Part shown: positions 1 to 9,290 of the stretch, piece after piece
Numbering within the stretch: the first letter of the stretch is position 1
Layout: every line of letters starts with the position of its first letter
Source of the DNA: Rhodoblastus sp.
GTDB lineage: Bacteria; Pseudomonadota; Alphaproteobacteria; Rhizobiales; Beijerinckiaceae
Reading direction: 5' to 3'
DNA length: 64,000 bases
NCBI GenBank assembly: GCA_039808645.1
Contig: JBDHTL010000002.1
Location: forward strand, 1,516 to 65,515
Made by a program: the position numbers and the translations under genes
Notes under the pieces: model-generated
The model's database searches: none
Told to the model about the DNA's origin: nothing
The model's input: only the letters and a program-made list of their open reading frames with translations

Positions 1-179
1 TGGTCGGGCTGCCCCGTTTCCGGATTGCGCGCATGCAGATGCACGATGGCCGCGCCCGCCTCCGCCGCGCCGATCGAGGCGTCGACGATCTCCTGCGGCG
101 TGACCGGCAGCGCCTTCGACATGCTGGGCGTATGGATGGCGCCGGTCACGGCGCAGGTGATGATGACCTTCTTGCTCAT
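1..179 (-). CDS. BKACE-family (3-keto-5-aminohexanoate cleavage enzyme-like, DUF849) protein; only the N-terminal 59 codons are present because the gene runs off the left edge
   Basis: Reverse-strand translation from the ATG at 177-179 gives MSKKVIITCAVTGAIHTPSMSKALPVTPQEIVDASIGAAEAGAAIVHLHARNPETGQPD. This is the characteristic BKACE N-terminus. It is absent from the ORF track because the window edge truncates it. Confidence 0.75.
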   Translation of the reverse strand, partial: MSKKVIITCAVTGAIHTPSMSKALPVTPQEIVDASIGAAEAGAAIVHLHARNPETGQPD

Positions 180-207
180 CGCTTCGTTCCTCTATCGGGT
201 CCAGAAT

Positions 208-1164
208 TCAAGCGTCCTTGGCGGCGTCGCGCTTGTGCGCGGCGAGCGCGGCCAGCCGTTCGTTGCGCCAGCGCGTGCGCCGCGCCAGCCGCTCCGGCGC
301 GGCCTCGTGCGGCCAGGCCGCGATCACGCGGTCCATGTTGGGCGACTTGTAGACATCCGACTTCGCGCAATCGTCCGCGAGCCGCTTGTAGAAGCCGGTG
401 TAGCGCGCGCAATAATCGGCGACGCCGCCGGGCGCATTCAGTTCGATCGTCTCGAACGGCCCCATGAACGACCAGCGGAGACCAAGCCCGTCCTTCACCG
501 TGCGGTCGAGGTCTTCGGCCGACACATAACCTTCGCCGACCAGCCGGAAGGCTTCGGCCAGCAGCGCGCCCTGCAGGCGGTTGAGAATGAAGCCGTCAGC
601 TTCCTTCAGCACGACAATCGGCGTCTGGCCGATCGAGGCGTAGACGTCCTTCGCGCTCGCAATCGTGTCCGGCGAGGTCCAGGGGGCGCCGGAGAGTTCG
701 ACCAGCGGGATGAGATGCGGCGGATTGACGGGATGGCCGACGAGACAGCGCGAACGGCCGGCAAGCTTCTCCGTGAACCGAGAGGCGACGATGGCCGACG
801 TCGAGGAAGCGAGGATCGCATGCGGCGGCGCGAGACGATCGAGTTCGGCGAAGAGCGCGATCTTAACGTCCACGTCTTCCGGCCCGTTCTCCTGCGCGAA
901 ATCCGCGCCGGCCAGCGCATCGGCAAGACTTGTGGCGGCCGTGACGCGCGCGGCTGCGCCATCGGGATCGTCAGCAAGGCCGTGTCGCGCGAGGCCGCGC
1001 AATTCCTCGTGAACGAGGCTGGGCGCTGCGGCCAGAGTCGGCGCGTGCGTATCGGTCATCGAAACGCGCCAGCCCGCGCGTGAAAAAATCGTCGCCCAGG
1101 CGCGGCCGATCAGGCCGGAGCCAACGATCGCAACCTTCTTCGCTTCGCTCATGTTCGCACTCAC
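208..1164 (-). CDS. 3-hydroxyacyl-CoA dehydrogenase family protein (lambda-crystallin / L-carnitine dehydrogenase-like)
   Basis: Rossmann motif VAIVGSGLIGRAW. Motifs GHPVNPPHLIPLVE and GLGLRWSFMGPFET match the 3HCDH family. The track start is GTG 1164 (overlaps the upstream stop); ATG 1152 (MSEAKKVAIVG) is equally plausible. Confidence 0.8.
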   Translation of the reverse strand: MSANMSEAKKVAIVGSGLIGRAWATIFSRAGWRVSMTDTHAPTLAAAPSLVHEELRGLARHGLADDPDGAAARVTAATSLADALAGADFAQENGPEDVDVKIALFAELDRLAPPHAILASSTSAIVASRFTEKLAGRSRCLVGHPVNPPHLIPLVELSGAPWTSPDTIASAKDVYASIGQTPIVVLKEADGFILNRLQGALLAEAFRLVGEGYVSAEDLDRTVKDGLGLRWSFMGPFETIELNAPGGVADYCARYTGFYKRLADDCAKSDVYKSPNMDRVIAAWPHEAAPERLARRTRWRNERLAALAAHKRDAAKDA

Positions 1165-3689
1165 AGCCAGAGCACCTTGCGGCGCAGGTCGTAGTCGTTG
1201 CGGAGGTCGGCCGAGGGGCCGATATGAATCACGCGCCCGCGCTCCAGCGCGACAGTCGTGTCGGACAGCGCCAGCGCCAGATCGAGGTGATGGTCGACTA
1301 TCACGATCGCCACTTCCTGGCGCAGGCGGTCGAATGTTTCGAACAGGGTCTCGACCACGGCGGGCGCAAGTCCCTCGAAGGGCTCGTCGAGCAGGAGAAT
1401 GCGCACGTCGCCCGAGAGCGCGCGCGCAACCGCCAGCATCTGCTGCTCACCGCCGGAGAGATAGTCGGCGGGCGTATCCAGCCGCTCACGCAGCCGCGGG
1501 AAATAGTCGAAGACGCGCTCCTCGCTCCAGTGGACGCCCTGCCCGGTCATGCGGCGCAGACGCCCGAGCTCGAGGTTCTGCGCGACGCTCATGCCGGCGA
1601 ACAGACCACGCCCCTGCGGCACATAGCCGACGCCGTTGCGCGCGATCGCCGCGGAGGGAAGTCCGACGAGTTCGACGCCATTGAGCTTGATCGAGCCGCT
1701 GGACGCCGGCGCTATGCCGGTCAGCGTCTTCAGCAGGGTCGACTTGCCGGCGCCGTTGCGGCCGAGCAGCGCGACGATCTCGTTCTGGCGAACGGTGAGA
1801 TCGACATCATTGAGAATGTGGCTCTTGCCGTAGAATGTGTTGACCCCCGATGCCGTGAGAAGCGGCGCCGCGGTCGCGGCCGTTTCGCGCATTTTCGCCG
1901 CAACGGTCGCGGCGCCGGAGCCGATATAGACCTCCTGCACCGCCCGGCTCGCGCGCGCGGCCTCCACGTCGCCGTCGAGCAGGACCTGGCCGTTGTTCAT
2001 GACCGTGACGTGATCGGCGAGCTGGAACACGCGGTCGATGTCGTGCTCCACGAGCAGGACCGGTAGGTCGTGCGAAATGCGCTTGATGATATTGCCGATG
2101 CGCTCGCGCTCGGCGGCGGACAGGCCCGCGAGCGGCTCGTCGAGCAGCAGGACGCGCGGGCGGCTTGCCAGCGCCAGCCCCATGTCGAGCAGGCGCTGCC
2201 CGCCGTAGGAGAGCGAACCGGCTTCGGCCTTCTCCATGCCGGCAAGCCCAAGATAGCGCAGCATCTCCTGCGTGCGTTCGTTGACCTGCGGTATGCCGTC
2301 GGCTGGCCGCCAGGGGTTGAAGCGCGCGGGATCGCGCGCCTGCACGGCAAGGCGGACATTCTCCTCGACGTCGAGCGCCGGGAAGAGATTGGTGATCTGG
2401 AAGGAGCGGCCGATGCCGGCCGTCGCGATGGCTTCCGGCGAGAGCCCCGCAATGGACTGACCCAGCAGCGTCACCTGGCCCTTGTCGGGCGCATAGAGGC
2501 CCGAGAGAAGGTTGAAGGCGGTCGTCTTGCCGGCGCCGTTCGGACCGATAAGCGCATGCAGCGTGCGGTCGACCACCGTGATGTCGACATCCTGCACGGC
2601 GCGCAGGCCGCCAAACGTCTTCACGATGCCCTGAGCGGCGAGCACGGGGCCTTTGCTCTCGGCGGCCGGCAACAGATAGGCCGGCAACGGCAGGTCCTCG
2701 GTGCGTCGACCGGCCATGGCGGCGGCTTCGATTGTCTTCTTCCGCAAGGGCGCGAGCGCCGCGTCGACGACGCCGACGAGTCCGTTGGGCGAAAAAACGA
2801 TGAAGCCGACGAACAGCAGGCCGAACCAGAGCTGCCAGTTCTCCGTGTAGATCGACAGGAACTCGCGGAACAGAACGAAAAACAAGGCGCCGATGGCCGG
2901 CCCGACGAAGCTGCGCATGCCGCCGATGACGACCATGGCGAGCAACTCGCCGGAGAAGGCGACGGAGATCGGATCGGCCGATGTCATGCGGTTCTTGTAA
3001 AGAAGCAGCATGCCGGCAAGGCCGGTCAGCGTCGCCGACAGGACGAAGGCGACAAGCTTGTAGCGATTGGTCGGGTAGCCGAGGAAGCGCGCGCGCTGCT
3101 CGTTCTCGCGGATGGCGACGAGCACGCTGCCGAGCGGCGAACGATGGAAACGCCAGAGGCAGACGGCGATGAGGAAGGCAATGATGGCGACGAAAGCGTA
3201 ATAGGCGGCATTGGTCTCGAGGCTCGCGCCAGCGAGGATCGGGCGCGTGATTCCGCCGATGCCGTTCTCGCCGCCCGTCACGTCGGTCCAGCGGAAGGCC
3301 ACGGTGTAGACCATGGCCGCGAAGGCAAGCGTCAGCAGCGAGAAATACACGCCGCGTCGGCGCAGGATCAGCGCCCCGAGCAGCGCCGAAAGGATCAGCA
3401 CGCAGGCGAGACCGGCCAGCACCGGCAGGACGAACGAGCCCGGCGCCATGCGCAATTGCAGCAGCGCCGCGATATAGGCTGCGAGCCCGAACCAGACGCC
3501 GTGACCGAAGGAAACGAGGCCCGTGTAGCCGACGAGAATGTTGAGGGCCATGCAGGCGATGGCGTAGACGACGACTTCCGTCGCCGATGTCGTGGTGAGG
3601 CCCAGCACGCCGAGCGCCGCGGGCAGCACCGCGAGCATGGCGGCGATGGCGAGCAATTGCAGGGGTGCGAGGCGTCGCAGCTTGTCCAT
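1161..3689 (-). CDS. HAAT-family ABC transporter: single polypeptide fusing a LivM-type permease with LivG-like and LivF-like ATPase domains (842 aa)
   Basis: N-terminal ~330 aa is multi-TM (NILVGYTGLVSFGHG). Two nucleotide-binding domains follow, with Walker A GPNGAGKTT and GRNGAGKST and signatures LSYGGQR and LSGGEQQ. ATG start at 3687-3689. Confidence 0.9.
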   Translation of the reverse strand: MDKLRRLAPLQLLAIAAMLAVLPAALGVLGLTTTSATEVVVYAIACMALNILVGYTGLVSFGHGVWFGLAAYIAALLQLRMAPGSFVLPVLAGLACVLILSALLGALILRRRGVYFSLLTLAFAAMVYTVAFRWTDVTGGENGIGGITRPILAGASLETNAAYYAFVAIIAFLIAVCLWRFHRSPLGSVLVAIRENEQRARFLGYPTNRYKLVAFVLSATLTGLAGMLLLYKNRMTSADPISVAFSGELLAMVVIGGMRSFVGPAIGALFFVLFREFLSIYTENWQLWFGLLFVGFIVFSPNGLVGVVDAALAPLRKKTIEAAAMAGRRTEDLPLPAYLLPAAESKGPVLAAQGIVKTFGGLRAVQDVDITVVDRTLHALIGPNGAGKTTAFNLLSGLYAPDKGQVTLLGQSIAGLSPEAIATAGIGRSFQITNLFPALDVEENVRLAVQARDPARFNPWRPADGIPQVNERTQEMLRYLGLAGMEKAEAGSLSYGGQRLLDMGLALASRPRVLLLDEPLAGLSAAERERIGNIIKRISHDLPVLLVEHDIDRVFQLADHVTVMNNGQVLLDGDVEAARASRAVQEVYIGSGAATVAAKMRETAATAAPLLTASGVNTFYGKSHILNDVDLTVRQNEIVALLGRNGAGKSTLLKTLTGIAPASSGSIKLNGVELVGLPSAAIARNGVGYVPQGRGLFAGMSVAQNLELGRLRRMTGQGVHWSEERVFDYFPRLRERLDTPADYLSGGEQQMLAVARALSGDVRILLLDEPFEGLAPAVVETLFETFDRLRQEVAIVIVDHHLDLALALSDTTVALERGRVIHIGPSADLRNDYDLRRKVLWL

Positions 3690-3698
3690 CGCGGGCGC

Positions 3699-4577
3699 CT
3701 ATTCGAAACGGGCGATGCGCTCGCCCAGCAGACCGCGCGGACGCACGAGCAGGACGATCAACATCAGCAGGTAGATTGCCGCGGTTGAGCCCGCCGAATA
3801 GCCGATGGCGATCATCACGCCCTTGACCAGTCCGACGAGCAGCGCGGCGATGACGACGCCCCAGAAGGAGCCGAGACCGCCGATGACGACCACGACGAAG
3901 GCCGGCGTGATGATTTCCGCGCCCATGGCCGGATGCACGGCGTAGATCGGCGCGAGCAGCACGCCGGCAAGGCCCGCGAGCCCGATGCCGAGGCCGGCGA
4001 CGACGGCCATGTACGGCTGAAGCGAAATGCCGAGCGCGCCGACCATGTCCGGATTCTGCACGCCGGCGCGCACCACGCGGCCGAACGAGGTTTTCTGCAG
4101 CAGGAGCCAGAGGCCGGCGACGCAGAGGATGGCGATGGCGAGCAGGATGGTGCGGTAATAGGAATAGACGAAATCGCCGATGAAGACCTGCCCCTTCAGG
4201 TAGCTCGGGATGGAATAGGAGAGAGGCGGCGCGCCGAAGATCATGCGCAGCGCCTGTTCCGCCACCATCGCGAGGCCGAAGGTCAGCAGCAGCGAAAGAA
4301 TCGGATCGCTGCGATAGAAACGGCGAAACAGCGTGCGCTCGATGACGATGCCGAGAATGCCGACGAGCGCCGGCGCCACCGCCAGAGATCCGCCAAAGCC
4401 GATATAGGGCGAGAGCACGAGCGTGAGATAGGCGCCGATGGCGAAGAAAGCGCCATGCGCGAGATTGACCACGCCGCCGAGCGAGAAGATCAGCGACAGG
4501 CCGAGCGCGATCAGCAGGTAGTAGACCCCGTCGAGAAGGCCGTTGACGATCTGCTGCAGGAACAGGATGGCGGACAA
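3699..4577 (-). CDS. HAAT-family ABC transporter permease (LivH-type)
   Basis: The N-terminus SAILFLQQIVNGLLDGVYYLLIALG matches the LivH pattern and the protein is multi-TM. The only in-frame start after the upstream stop is TTG at 4575-4577. Confidence 0.85.
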   Translation of the reverse strand: MSAILFLQQIVNGLLDGVYYLLIALGLSLIFSLGGVVNLAHGAFFAIGAYLTLVLSPYIGFGGSLAVAPALVGILGIVIERTLFRRFYRSDPILSLLLTFGLAMVAEQALRMIFGAPPLSYSIPSYLKGQVFIGDFVYSYYRTILLAIAILCVAGLWLLLQKTSFGRVVRAGVQNPDMVGALGISLQPYMAVVAGLGIGLAGLAGVLLAPIYAVHPAMGAEIITPAFVVVVIGGLGSFWGVVIAALLVGLVKGVMIAIGYSAGSTAAIYLLMLIVLLVRPRGLLGERIARFE

Positions 4578-4654
4578 GTTTTCGGTCCCGGCCGGCGGGC
4601 GGCGTCATACAAGGCGGCGGCCGGCGTCCGAGAGACGCCGGCCGTCGTTTCAGT

Positions 4655-5902
4655 TCAGCCCGCGAAGGTGCAGGAATTCTCTTCCTTCGTCGCCGCGATC
4701 GCCTCCAGCGGCTCGTCCGGCCCGGGCACGGCGGCGGAGGAGGTGAAGATGTCCCACTGGTTCTTGATCTTGTCGGCGGGAATGGCGGTGACCGCGTACA
4801 TTTCGTGCATGAGCTGATGGTCGCTCGCGCGGAAATAGCCTTGCCGGGTCTTCAGCACGTCGAACTTGGCGCCCTTCTCGAAATGCTCGACCAGCTTGAC
4901 CGAGTCCGTGGACTTGGTTTCGCGCATGGCGTCGGTCACGATCCTGGCGGCGATGTAATCGCCCCACGCCTGGTTTTCGGGCGGCTTGCCGTACTTCTTG
5001 GTGAAGGCGGCGACAAACGCCTTGGAGCCCGGCGTCTCCAGCAGGTGATGCCAGACGACGGGCCATGTGCCGACGAAATTGCCCTTGCCCGCCGCCCAGG
5101 CGAGCGCGGTGTCGAAGCCGAAGCCGCTGACCGGGAAAGTCAGGCCGAATTCCGAGTACTGCTTGAGGAAGTTGGTGATCTGGTTGCCCGCGAGATTGAG
5201 CACGACGAGATCGGGCTTGGCGTTGCGGATCTTCAGCAGGTAGGACGAGAAGTCCGTCGCATCGGTCGGCACGAGTTCGTCGCCGGCGAACTTGCCGCCG
5301 TTGGCGCCCAGGAACCTGCGCGCCACGCTGATGAGATCGTGGCCGAAGGCATAGTCGGCCGTGAGCGAATACCAGCTCTTGTCCTTGATCAGCCCGTCCT
5401 TCAGGAAGGAGCGGCCGACCGACTTCACATACATCGAGTTCTGCGACTCGACATGGAACATGAAGCGCTTGCAATCCTTGCCGCGCAGAGCGTCGGAATT
5501 GGCGCCGGTGTTGACGAACATCGTCTTGTTGCGCTCGGCGACCTGCGCGATCGTCAGGGCGGAAGCGGATGAAATCTCGCCGATGATGCAGGCGACCTTG
5601 TCGCGCTCGATCATGCGCTCGGCCTTGGTGGAGGCGGTCTGCGGATTGACCGAATCTTCCTTCAGCAATTCGATCTTGCGGCCGTTGACGCCGCCCGCCG
5701 CATTGATCTCCTCGACGGCGAGGTCGATCGCCATGACCGCATATTCGCCGAGCGGCCCGAGAAAGCCGGTGCGCGGCGTGAGATGGCCGATGCGCAGCAC
5801 ATCCGACTGCGCGCGCAGGACCGCCGGCGCGCCGATCAGCGCCGCCGCGCCGACCGCGCCCTGGATGAGGCCGCGACGTGAAAGGTTGGAATCGACAGGC
5901 AT
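4655..5902 (-). CDS. ABC transporter substrate-binding protein (type I periplasmic binding fold, LivJ/AmiC-like) with Tat-like signal
   Basis: N-terminus SRRGLIQGAVGAAALIGAPAVLRA is a Tat/Sec-type signal. The body resembles Peripla_BP_6 proteins. It is first in the operon with the LivH and LivMGF genes. Confidence 0.9.
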   Translation of the reverse strand: MPVDSNLSRRGLIQGAVGAAALIGAPAVLRAQSDVLRIGHLTPRTGFLGPLGEYAVMAIDLAVEEINAAGGVNGRKIELLKEDSVNPQTASTKAERMIERDKVACIIGEISSASALTIAQVAERNKTMFVNTGANSDALRGKDCKRFMFHVESQNSMYVKSVGRSFLKDGLIKDKSWYSLTADYAFGHDLISVARRFLGANGGKFAGDELVPTDATDFSSYLLKIRNAKPDLVVLNLAGNQITNFLKQYSEFGLTFPVSGFGFDTALAWAAGKGNFVGTWPVVWHHLLETPGSKAFVAAFTKKYGKPPENQAWGDYIAARIVTDAMRETKSTDSVKLVEHFEKGAKFDVLKTRQGYFRASDHQLMHEMYAVTAIPADKIKNQWDIFTSSAAVPGPDEPLEAIAATKEENSCTFAG

Positions 5903-5985
5903 GATGCTCCTCCTGTTGCGCCGCGTTTAGCGGTCTTGCCGTCCACCGTGCCGTTCGCGCCGCGCGCGCCGCCGGTTGCCGTGAT

Positions 5986-5997
5986 CTGTGATCACAG
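5986..5997. promoter_or_regulatory. Perfect 12-bp palindrome CTGTGATCACAG in the divergent intergenic region; candidate GntR-family operator
   Basis: Read directly from the sequence. It contains the GT..AC core typical of GntR/FadR operators. It lies between the binding-protein gene (start 5902) and the GntR gene (start 6051). Confidence 0.4.
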
Positions 5998-6050
5998 TTA
6001 TGCTGACGGAGAAGCGGGAGATTGTCCAGCATGTTTTCGGAGCCGCCCGA

Positions 6051-6749
6051 ATGAACGAGATGACGTTCGAGCAGTTCGCCCCGCTGGACCGGCAGACGCT
6101 CGGCGCACGCGCCTATACCCAGATCGCCGACCTCATGATCGCCGGCAAGCTCGCTCCGGGCGAGAAACTCTCGCTGCGCACGACCGCCGATGCGCTCGGC
6201 GTATCGATGACGCCCGTGCGCGAGGCCGTGGCGCGCCTCGTGTCCGACGGCGCGCTCGAGACGACGCCGAACCGCGCCATCCGCGTGCCGATCATGAGCG
6301 TCTCGCAATTCCGCGATCTGACGAAGGCGCGCATCGCCATTGAAGGCCATGCGGCGGCGGAGGCTGCGCGCAACCGGTCGGAAGACGACATTGCGCGGCT
6401 GCGCGAGGCGGACCGGGCCTTCGGCGCGCAGCGGCGTTTGCGCAGGCCCGATCTTGCGCAGGCCGTCGAACTCAACAAGGAATTCCACTTCGCGCTCTAT
6501 GCCGCCGCCAGTTCCGCCGTTCTGATGGACATCATCCGCGCGTTGTGGCTGAAGGCTGGGCCAGTGCTCAATCTCGACCTGCGCGCCAACAAGGACCGCA
6601 TCGCCACGTCGCGCGCGGTCGAGTTTCACGGCGCCGCGCTCGCGGCTGTGACCAATCGGAGGCCCGCCGCAGCGCGCGACGCGATTGCCGAAGACATATC
6701 GACTGCCGCAGACTTCATTCTCGCCCACGGCCGGCTCATCGAGAGCTGA
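6051..6749 (+). CDS. GntR-family transcriptional regulator (FCD-type C-terminal domain)
   Basis: Winged-helix region LSLRTTADALGVSMTPVREAVARLVSDGALE, then a helical FCD-like domain. I prefer ATG 6051 (MNEMTFEQ) to the track's GTG 5988, because GTG 5988 sits inside the palindromic operator. Confidence 0.85.
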   Translation: MNEMTFEQFAPLDRQTLGARAYTQIADLMIAGKLAPGEKLSLRTTADALGVSMTPVREAVARLVSDGALETTPNRAIRVPIMSVSQFRDLTKARIAIEGHAAAEAARNRSEDDIARLREADRAFGAQRRLRRPDLAQAVELNKEFHFALYAAASSAVLMDIIRALWLKAGPVLNLDLRANKDRIATSRAVEFHGAALAAVTNRRPAAARDAIAEDISTAADFILAHGRLIES

Positions 6750-6776
6750 GGCCCATCCGTTCACCCTGGAGACATC

Positions 6777-7553
6777 ATGGACCTCGCCATCGCCGATCTT
6801 CGCGTTCTCGTCACCGCCGGCGCCAATGGGATCGGGCTCGAGATCGCGCGCAGCTTCGTGGCGGAAGGCGCGCGCGTGCATGTCTGCGACATCGACCGAG
6901 AGGCGCTGGACAAGCTGGCCAAGAGCGACCCGAAACTCACCTGGTCGTTCTGCGACGTCGCCGATCGAGCAAGCGTTGCGCGCCTGTTCGACGAGGCGCT
7001 GGCGATGCTCGGCGGCCTCGACGTGCTGGTGAACAACGCCGGCGTCGCCGGTCCCACGGGGCGCGCGGAGGACATCAATCCGGAAGACTGGGACCGCTGC
7101 ATCACGATCTGTCTGACGAGCCAGTTCAACTGCGCCCGGCTCGCCATCCCGCATCTGCGGGCGAGCGCCAACGCTTCGATCGTCAATCTGTCGTCGGCCG
7201 CGGGCAAGTTCGGCTTTGCGCTGCGCACGCCCTACTCGGCGGCGAAATGGGGCGTGATCGGCTTCACCAAGTCGTTGTCGATCGAACTTGGTCCCGACAA
7301 TATCCGCGTCAACGCCATATTGCCGGGTCTCGTCGCGGGCGACCGCCAGCGCCGCGTGCTCGAGGCCAAGGCGCAGCAGCGCGGCATCTCCTTCCGCGAG
7401 ATGGAGGAAACGGCCTTCTCCTTCACGTCGATCAAGGAATATGTGACGCCGCAGCAGATCGCCGACCAGATCGTCTTCATGGCGAGCCCGCGCGGCCGCA
7501 CGATCTCCGGCCAGGCGATCGCCATTTGCGGCGACACGCGAATGCTCGGTTGA
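6777..7553 (+). CDS. SDR-family oxidoreductase
   Basis: TAGANGIGLEIA cofactor motif, NNAG, and the YSAAK catalytic motif (YxxxK). 258 aa. Confidence 0.9.
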   Translation: MDLAIADLRVLVTAGANGIGLEIARSFVAEGARVHVCDIDREALDKLAKSDPKLTWSFCDVADRASVARLFDEALAMLGGLDVLVNNAGVAGPTGRAEDINPEDWDRCITICLTSQFNCARLAIPHLRASANASIVNLSSAAGKFGFALRTPYSAAKWGVIGFTKSLSIELGPDNIRVNAILPGLVAGDRQRRVLEAKAQQRGISFREMEETAFSFTSIKEYVTPQQIADQIVFMASPRGRTISGQAIAICGDTRMLG

Positions 7554-7622
7554 AGCGGCGCTCGTTCAGTTTCCGCCGTCGCTTTGACCGCGAGCGCGCT
7601 GGCGATCCGCCGCGCAGCCGGA

Positions 7623-9179
7623 TCAATTCACCTGCCGCGTTCGGTCAGTCCAGAAGGGCGCCCGCAACAGAGCTTTGTTGATCTTGTTGACGCTCGAGAG
7701 CGGCAGCGGCTCCGTGCGCACCTCGATGCTGCGCGGGCGCTTGTAGCCGGCGATCAGCGCGCGGCAATGCCGGCCGATCTCCTCGGCGTCGAGGGTCGCG
7801 CCCTCCCGCAGCGCCACGATCGCGTGGACGGCTTCGCCCCATTTGTCGTCGGGTATGCCGATCACCGCGCATTGGGCGACCGCCGGATGGCTCGCGATCG
7901 CGTTCTCCACCTCTGTCGAGTAGACGTTCTCGCCGCCCGACACGATCATGTCCTTCACGCGGTCGACGACGAAGAGGTAGCCGTCCTCGTCGAGGTAGCC
8001 GCCGTCGCCCGTATGCATGAAGCCCCCGCGCAAGGCGTGCGCGGTCAGTTCGGGCTGGCGCCAGTAGCCTTTCATCACATTCGCTCCGCGCACCACGATT
8101 TCGCCGACGACGCCAGTCGCCACCGGAATGTCGTCCTCGTCGACAACGCGCACTTCGACGCCCGGCGGCGCCTTGCCCGCCGACCGCAGACGCTTCGGAT
8201 CGCCGTCGAGCCGGTGATCCTCGACGCCGAGACAGGTCGCCATGGGAGACAGTTCGGTCATCCCGTAGGATTGCGCGAATTCGACGCCCGGAAACCGCCG
8301 CATCGCCTCGCGCAGAAGCGCCTCCGGCATCGGCGAGGCGCCATAGGTGAGACGCCGGACGCTCGACAGGTCGTATGTGTCGAAGTCGGGCCGCTGCAGC
8401 ATCATTGCGAGCATGGTCGGAACGAACGTGCAATGCGTGACGCGCTCCGCGGCGATCGTACGCAGCACGTCTTCCGGCGTGAACCGCGCGATCACCACGT
8501 GACGCCCGCCGGCGACCGTGTTCGACAGGATCGCGCTGCCGGCGGCGAGATGAAACATCGGCCCGGCATGAAGGCGGATGGAATCGGGCGTCGAATTGCG
8601 CAGCGCGATCGAGTTGCGCGCGTTGAACAACAGGTTATCGTGGCTGAGCATCACGCCCTTGGAGCGGCCGGTCGTGCCGCCGGTGTAGAACAGGCAGGCG
8701 ATGTCGTCGCCGCCGCGGCCCGCGTCTTCGCACGGGGCGACTGCTGCAATCGCCGCCTCGTAGGACAGCGCGTCGCCGGCCGCCTCTCCCTCGTCGGCGA
8801 AGATCGCGCCCCTCAACGACGGCGTTGCCGCGAGAATGGCCGGCGCGTGGCGCGCGAAGGCGCTGTCGTAGAGGAACGCGGTCGGCTCGGCGTCCGCGGC
8901 CTGTTCCAGGATCTCCGGCAGCGCCAGCCGCGTGTTGAGCGGCGCGAACATGCCGCCGGCCCACATGCTGGCGTAATAATATTCGATGTAGCGATGGCTG
9001 CTGTTGGCGAGGATGACCACGCGATCGCCCTGGCCCACGCCGAGGCTACGCAGGACGGCGGCGAGCCGGCCGACGCGGTCGGCGAACTCCGCCCAGGTAT
9101 GGCGATGCGCGCCGAAGACCATGGCGAGGTCGTGGGGGCGCTTGCGCGCATTGTCCTTGAGACCCTCGGTCAACCCCAT
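7623..9179 (-). CDS. AMP-dependent acyl-CoA synthetase/ligase
   Basis: AMP-binding motifs YTGGTTGRSKGV, GYGMTE-like SYGMTE, and HTGDGGYLDEDGYLFVVDRVKDMIVSGGENVY. I prefer ATG 9179 (MGLTEGLKDNA), which has GGAG 7 nt upstream, to the track's TTG 9248. Confidence 0.9.
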   Translation of the reverse strand: MGLTEGLKDNARKRPHDLAMVFGAHRHTWAEFADRVGRLAAVLRSLGVGQGDRVVILANSSHRYIEYYYASMWAGGMFAPLNTRLALPEILEQAADAEPTAFLYDSAFARHAPAILAATPSLRGAIFADEGEAAGDALSYEAAIAAVAPCEDAGRGGDDIACLFYTGGTTGRSKGVMLSHDNLLFNARNSIALRNSTPDSIRLHAGPMFHLAAGSAILSNTVAGGRHVVIARFTPEDVLRTIAAERVTHCTFVPTMLAMMLQRPDFDTYDLSSVRRLTYGASPMPEALLREAMRRFPGVEFAQSYGMTELSPMATCLGVEDHRLDGDPKRLRSAGKAPPGVEVRVVDEDDIPVATGVVGEIVVRGANVMKGYWRQPELTAHALRGGFMHTGDGGYLDEDGYLFVVDRVKDMIVSGGENVYSTEVENAIASHPAVAQCAVIGIPDDKWGEAVHAIVALREGATLDAEEIGRHCRALIAGYKRPRSIEVRTEPLPLSSVNKINKALLRAPFWTDRTRQVN

Positions 9180-9290
9180 GCGCGTCTCCGTCCCGGCGAC
9201 GCTGCGCCCAGGCGCGCAGCGCTCGTCGTGTTCATCCGAACCAGCCAAGCCCGCGGCAGGAACGCCGACGCCCGGCGAGGCAGAGATTGC

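Noticed and set aside
1807-4608. 933-aa ORF on the minus strand, plus many similar long ORFs (e.g. 4650-7154, 7584-9665, 15416-17452, 26639-28741, 28777-31212, 38649-40256, 40939-43875, 47478-49637, 55343-57343)
   Set aside because: Their translations are Arg/Ala/Pro/Gly-rich low-complexity strings with no recognisable motifs. Each overlaps, out of frame or antisense, a CDS with clear family motifs. This is the expected artefact of about 66% GC DNA, where stop codons are rare in all frames.
5988-6050. GTG 5988 as the start of the GntR gene
   Set aside because: The GTG lies inside the perfect 12-bp palindrome in the divergent promoter region, and the 21 extra residues precede the normal start of the wHTH domain. 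I prefer ATG 6051.
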